Assembly: GCA_002269645.1 (NCBI GenBank)
Contig: NIVC01000105.1
Location: forward strand, 535,992-599,991
DNA length: 64,000 nucleotides
Reading direction: 5' to 3'
Source: Macrostomum lignano
Taxonomy: Eukaryota
This document shows, piece by piece, positions 58,194 to 64,000 of the stretch; positions within the stretch are counted from its first letter, which is position 1; every line of letters begins with the position of its first letter. The translations under genes were made by a program, and so were the position numbers. The notes beneath the pieces were generated by a model, which saw only the letters and a program-made list of their open reading frames with translations, made no database searches and was not told the origin of the DNA.

Positions 58194-61100
58194 CCTCGTC
58201 GCAAACTTCTGGAACTATGCGTAAACAAGTCCGCGGTGGAAGTTTCTAGAAACGCTGTCCCCGAACTACGAACTACCCCTACGCATCGCATGCCTTTGCA
58301 ATACACAACAGTAATATCCTTGACAGGCTGTCCCTAGGTAGGCCTACTGTTAAGTAGAAAATGAATAAGACAAGACAAAGTCGACAAAGTCAGTTAACGT
58401 TTATTAATGTGAATAACGGTTACAGGCCGATCTTAAAATATCGTTTAATTGCTCAACTGGTGTCGCAGTAACAATCCGTAAGCCTATGAGGTGTCGCTGA
58501 TGTTGCCCAACAGCGTAGGATGTAGGCCACGAGACCAGGTACAGACGGTGTTGAAGGTCTGGCGAGCTGAAGACACAAAAGGCCTGCGGCAGTCTTAACG
58601 AGCAATGGCAGCTGCAACAAATGTTTGCTTGCTGGTTATCCCTAGGAAAAGCGTCTAGCGAATTTGCCTAAGCTAGTTCGTCTAGGAAAAGCATATAGGA
58701 ATACTAGCTCTTACTCGAAGCCAAGCAGGCAGTCTCCGAACGAGGATCGGAAGACGAGGATCCGAAGATCGAGAGCGAGATGGTCTCTTTTGGGCCTTCA
58801 CCTACTCTGTATTTATACTAAAATCTGGGGGTCTCAGGGCCAATTGGAAGCTCAGAGGCAGTTCCGTGGCAGATTCCATGGCAGTTCCGTGGACTACCCG
58901 GAGCCAGGAACGATCTTGGAGATGTCCATAAGACATCTGCCTCATCACGAGGCCTCTGCATGGCCTACTGGTACACTGCTTGCATGTTGCAGCATGCAAG
59001 GAGTGCAACCAAGACCCCACGAGAGCCTACCCCGGGCGGAGAGCTATGCTCTCGTTCCCGCTGACTAACTAAGACTGTACTAGGGAGAAATATCCCACTG
59101 ACTAATGTTTCTCTCCCTGTCCCGCGACAGCTGCACACCTGAGCCTGCACAAGGGAAGAGGAGGAAGGGACGGGAGCGCTGCAAGCGCACAGGCCCTATG
59201 CCCAGCTCCCACTGCTACAGCCCAAGCACTAAATGACTGTGGCTAAGAGGGGATTCCAGGAGCAGCCTATGCCAGCAATGCTGGATCACCACAATTGTAC
59301 GGTCATATTCAATTTTGTCTAATTTTTCCAAAAAATCCAATTTATTGAATTAATTAAAATCATTTTCTATTCCTTCAATTTAATTTGATTAAAATTTATA
59401 ATAAGTAACTATAATTTTCAATTTTAAGTACGTGTAGCTTTATTATAAGTATTAACGTAATAAGTACGAGCTAAACTAATTAAAATAAAATCAAGAAAGT
59501 TATAGTTTTCAGAAGTTACTGCAAATCAAATATTTATTTTACTAGTGTCCAAATTCCTCTATAAAAGAGTAGTTAGTCGATATGAAATCTATATTGTGCA
59601 TTTTTGTTGTTTAAGGATAGTTCTTGATTTATTTTATTACTATTTACATTTTATTCAATCGTATTCAATGTAAAAATGAAGAATTCTATAATAAACGTAA
59701 AAATTAACATTATTTATTGGTCGAATCACTTTGACTTTCAAAAGATATGTACTGTAAACTGTATTTCTAAATTCAACCTTTTAAGACAGACGTAAGACTT
59801 CTAAATTCACTGATTAAGTTAAACAGATCGAAATCCTTTCGAGTGCATGCTAAATAATTTCGCACTGATTTCTTGCACACGATAAATTTTAATGTTTGGG
59901 ATTTAGAGCAGAGAAACAAAATATTGTGCTCAAAAACATTTCTTTTGTCGATTTCTTGTTCTTTTATTTTTGCGAAAGAAATGAAACTGCGTTTTTGAAG
60001 AAAAAAATTTAGTAAAAATCCATTTTTTCTAAAATATTTTGTCGTTATCATCCGTAACAAAGATTAACAAATAGATTGATTTCTTCTCATACTTAAGTTT
60101 TCTTGTGGTTTTAGTAGCAGATTCTTATAGAAATTGTCAAAATGAATTTTTTTGTACGATCATTGGTCCATGTACAAACTTTTTTTCAATGACAAAAAGT
60201 TGTGAGGTGGGGGTGGAGAAGAAATTTGTTGGGCGGCGTTTGAATTCGGCGTTTTGAATTGTTGGTCGACACCAGTGAGGTGGGCGGATTCTACGTTTGA
60301 ATTTCCGCCGGTGTTGTCTCGGCACTCGTAAAGCCGGAAAATTTCACGAATTATGCATGGACTGATCCATGACTGAGACTGAGGCTTCGATTAAGAACAA
60401 CTGAATAAGCAATTATTATTATTGGGAACTTATTATTATCGTTATTATTTAAGTAATAGATAAATTGTTATTACTTTTGTCGTTAAATATTAAAAAAAAA
60501 CTCGGGAGATGGATTCGGCCGTGCCGAGGGCGAGCTAATAAATTGCAAGCGCTTAGTCGAGAAGGCTTTTCTAGTTAAACGCAAATTAAATATTAACAGC
60601 AAACTCGTGAAGTCACAAGAGAGAACAAAAGTAAAGTAAAGAGCAAAGCGAGCAAAGCGAGCAAAGCGCATGAGCAAAAGGTTCCAACAACAACGTTATA
60701 AATATTTATTTGGCATGGATAGCCCAGGGGTTGGGACAAGGGAAAGGACAACGAAGGAAAAGGGGAAAAAAACCCGGCCACTGGAAACACTAAAACAACA
60801 GAGGCCACGGGAGGGAACAGTGAAAGAAGCAGACGAAGGAGCAAGGGCGGGGACAACCGGGGGAACAAACATGGGAACAAACATTGAAAGCATGACGTCA
60901 ACCGTCATCCGATGGAGTCTAGCTGGTCGTCCCGCCGTTGTCCGCGCTGGAGGCCTGCCGTCGTTCACCCCAGTGGTAGACCGGCCTAGCACATGTGACC
61001 TAGCTTTGAGAACGACCCTACGTCGAATCGTCTAATATTCTATTTCGAAAATTTCTCCAAATACATTGCCCTATAATATATTGGCCTAACAGGCTAATTG

Positions 61101-63116
61101 CCTGAGCCAAATTCTTACTACTACAGGCAGTGGGAAGGAAGTTTACATTAAGAGTAAAAATTTCGATGACGTCAGGATGGCGCAAATGCAAATACCGAGT
61201 GAGCAATTCCGCACCTAGTGACATACATCGGATGGGGCGGAGTCCGGCGGACAAGTAGCGGCCTCGCCTGCCACACTCTCCTGGGGTCTCCCTAAAACAC
61301 GCCCCGCACCGCCCCGAACCGCTACACATTATAAAATTTTTTGTCAATGTAGCATTTAATTGCAGAGAAAACTATTTGTTATAAGAGTAATGGAATAAAT
61401 AACTTTAATTATTATTATTAATAATATTATTATTTTTAATATTCTTCTTTTTTATTATTAAGTAATTTTTTCATATTTTTTCATATTATTTTTAATATCA
61501 CCTATTATTCACCGAATTTTATATTTAAAAGTGAGAAAACTAAATTTAATCAAAACTTGAAGCCTAACAGAAAACAAACTTTGAAAATGCCTTAGTTAAA
61601 GTCCAAATTGTTATAATGTGTAGCGGTTCGGGGCGGTGCAGGGCGTGTTTTAGGGAGATGAAGTGGGGGCGGAGACAGAAAATAAAAATTTGAAATGGGG
61701 TTGTTCGGGTTTTCTTCGAAACCGGTTAGCGTTGCGTTCGCACGAATCAAGTCGGAAATCGCACAGACGAATCGCAACGAAATTCTTCTCCTGTTTTACT
61801 CCGACAGCCGGGGTCCTCAAGTTCCGGGGGGAGGGTTAGTCGTAATCGTAGCGGAGCGGTCGTGTAGCGGCGAGGTCGTTCAAATCGATGAAACACCGTA
61901 GTCGGAGATTCCTGACTCCGTAAAATAATGCGTCGAATAGCTGAGTTTGTTACTTTCAGTAGGGTAGTTGCTGCCACCACCGTAATTTACGTATTACGGA
62001 ACGGATAAGTCTCAGAGCTATCTTTGAGATGAGAACTTGGTTATTTTACGCCCCACGGGCAAATGACTCAAGAAATACTACGGCTGAACGTTAACGAATG
62101 AAATTAATGGCTAATTTAATAATGCCGGTTATTATTGAGCTCGGTTTAAAATAAAAAGCAGGCGAGCACGGAATAAAGATAATATTATTACTAATGCACG
62201 AGAGATGGATTCGCTTGCTGCGGCGCCGGTGCGCTAGGTCGAACTTAATAAACGGAACGGTTAATTAATGAAAACAACTATTAAATTGAAGGAGACGAAA
62301 ATAACAGGAAGTGGTCGTAGTGGTGGAGGAAGGGCGGAGAAAGAAGTTGAGGAAAAACAGGGCACAAAAAGCGGCATAAATAATCAAAAGGGGACGCTGA
62401 CAAACACTGGAAACAGACGTTGGGCAACAAAATTCACGGGATGGAATAGGCTCAAATACGTTGGGACACCGCGCGGATAAACAAAATTCAACATAGGGAA
62501 CGACGAAAAACAGTGAAGGGACGCGACCGGGCCACGGAAAGGAAGGGGAGCTGGGCAAACGATGGACAAAAATTGGGGTGAAAAGACAGCGGATGGGACG
62601 GTATATTATAGTTTTGAATGTGCTTCATATTATTAAAAATTAGGTTCATAGTTACTTACTAACTACTGAATTCACGCCTCAGATTTCACGCCCAAAAATG
62701 ATGAAACTGAAACAGTGAAAATAAATAAATAAACGATTGCGCAAGTTATATAACCTTTGCGCACACAATCACAGGCCTAGACGTGCTAAAATAAGGGAGA
62801 AAAAAAAGGTATCTAAAAAGGGTATCTAGATTGAATGGATTAATTGGTGTGATAAGAGGTACTTTAGAAGGAATATACGAATGGTACGCTCCTGCATCGC
62901 TTCTCTGATTATAGTATTTACGATGGACATATGGCCCATCTAGGGGTTCTTTTTTCTCCTGGGTTAATGAGAGTACCTAAAGGAGGAACTACGAGTAATG
63001 TCGAGTATTCATATACTTGGCTCAGTCTATAAGAGGAGATCTCACGTTCCGTTCGTAATCACGTGACAATTACAAATAATCAAGCTTCTGATTATCTAAC
63101 TCTCGCTGCTTGGAGT

Positions 63117-63476
63117 CTATCTTATAGAACTCTGGTCTGAGAGGTTACCTGGTTTTACCACTGCTCGAACGATGGGCGCTGCTGCTCGCACGACGGGCGC
63201 TGCTGCTGCTGCTCGCACGATGGGCGCTGCTGTTCGCACGGCGGGCGCTGCTGCTGCTACTCGCACGATGGGCGCTGCTGCTCGCACGACGGGCGCTGCT
63301 GCTCGCACGACGGGCGCTGCTGCTGCTGCTCGCACGATGGGCGCTGCTTCTCCAATCAGCAGCTGCTGCTGCGGGTCCAATGACTGGGCAGATTGGCCGA
63401 CTGGCGCTGTCGCAAATGAAGTGGTGAAGACCGTGGCTGCTGCAGACCTCGAGGGTGCCGCCATTGACGATCCCAC
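63117..63476 (-). other. Ala-rich ORF built from AAAP(I/V)VR tandem repeats
   Basis: 21-27-bp nucleotide repeats at about 63,170-63,350; coding status unproven. Confidence 0.3.
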
Positions 63477-64000
63477 GGCATGCTTTTAATTAGGCTGAAT
63501 GGTGAGCGCTGACTTAGGTGAAGCAGCCAGGCGTTGAATTCCTGCGTTTAACCAGTAGATAGTTTCGCAAGGGTTCTGCAGTCCATCACATTAAGTACAT
63601 GTAAGTATCAGTAGAGGCAGCAGCATTTTTGGTCTTACTGTCGGCTGACATTCTAATAAAATATTTTCCAACAGTAGCGCCGATGGGTGGTGGATGACCA
63701 ATTCGCTTGTTAACGATGACGCTCCGCGACGATACTGCTGCTGTATCGTTCAGGCTGTTGCGCACGGGCGTGTGAACATTTGCCACTCAGCTGCCGGCTC
63801 AGCAATTGGACTGGCACTTCGAACTGAACCGAAACCCTGCAGAAATGAAGTGGCGTAAACTGAGCAATGCGAAGGTAACGCACCAAGTAAGTAAGGTAAG
63901 ACTGTAGAATAAAAAAAGGCTTACAGTGCCTTCATCCATAGCGTCCAAGTCAATATCGATTTCGATTCCAATACTCTTAAGCCGATAAACAAGACGTCCT

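Larger units (their letters stand above)
55788..58310 (-). mobile_element. Internally deleted Ty3/Gypsy (Mag-like) LTR retrotransposon
   Basis: 5-bp TSD GTAAT (55,783-55,787 and 58,311-58,315); 3' LTR 55,788-56,042 preceded by PPT GAAGGAGGGGAAGAA; 5' LTR remnant 58,203-58,310 with one mismatch to the 3' LTR; PBS remnant GCGACGAGG. Confidence 0.92.
55577..59293 (-). mobile_element. Probable solo LTR of about 1.19 kb, split by a Gypsy insertion
   Basis: TGTGATG...CACCACA termini; 4-bp TSD ATTG at 55,573-55,576 and 59,294-59,297; TATA-like (about 58,810) and AATAAA (about 58,400) on the minus strand. Confidence 0.6.

Noticed and set aside
56717-58306. 529-aa ORF as an intact gag-pol
   Set aside because: It starts inside the LTR remnant, the true gag start is frameshifted, and the C-terminus runs out of frame past the pol deletion.
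62850-63130. Coding-like plus-strand frame (DYSIYDGHMAHLGV...)
   Set aside because: Interrupted by stops and no recognisable family motif.

Overview
AT-rich eukaryotic DNA, most likely from an invertebrate animal (inferred from spliceosomal introns and the TE families present; the organism cannot be identified). The window is almost entirely transposable-element derived and I could not support any conventional host gene. The centrepiece is a decayed Maverick/Polinton virus-like element (core about 32.75-43.42 kb, possibly starting at 28,031). Its + strand gene order is PLA2-like protein, packaging ATPase, penton, two conserved small ORFs, rve integrase with chromodomain, basic core-like protein, major capsid protein (MCP) and a truncated cysteine protease. 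No polB was found. Its penton gene is split by a 3.8-kb element (34,691-38,526) with about 236-bp near-identical TIRs starting AGTAG. That insert carries only an internally deleted MCP and a full-length penton of a clearly different Maverick lineage, plus perfect palindromes, so it looks like a non-autonomous, capsid-only mini-Maverick nested in another Maverick. The rest of the window holds hAT MITEs, non-autonomous Helitron-like elements with large minisatellite arrays and tRNA-like modules, three CACTA/EnSpm-type transposase pseudogenes, a 4.3-kb non-autonomous CACTA-like element with GC-rich cargo, Tc1 remnants, a PHD-bearing Mutator pseudogene, a Helitron Rep-helicase 5' fragment, and a doubly deleted Gypsy element nested in a solo LTR. 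All protein family calls are from motif recognition by eye; no searches were run.
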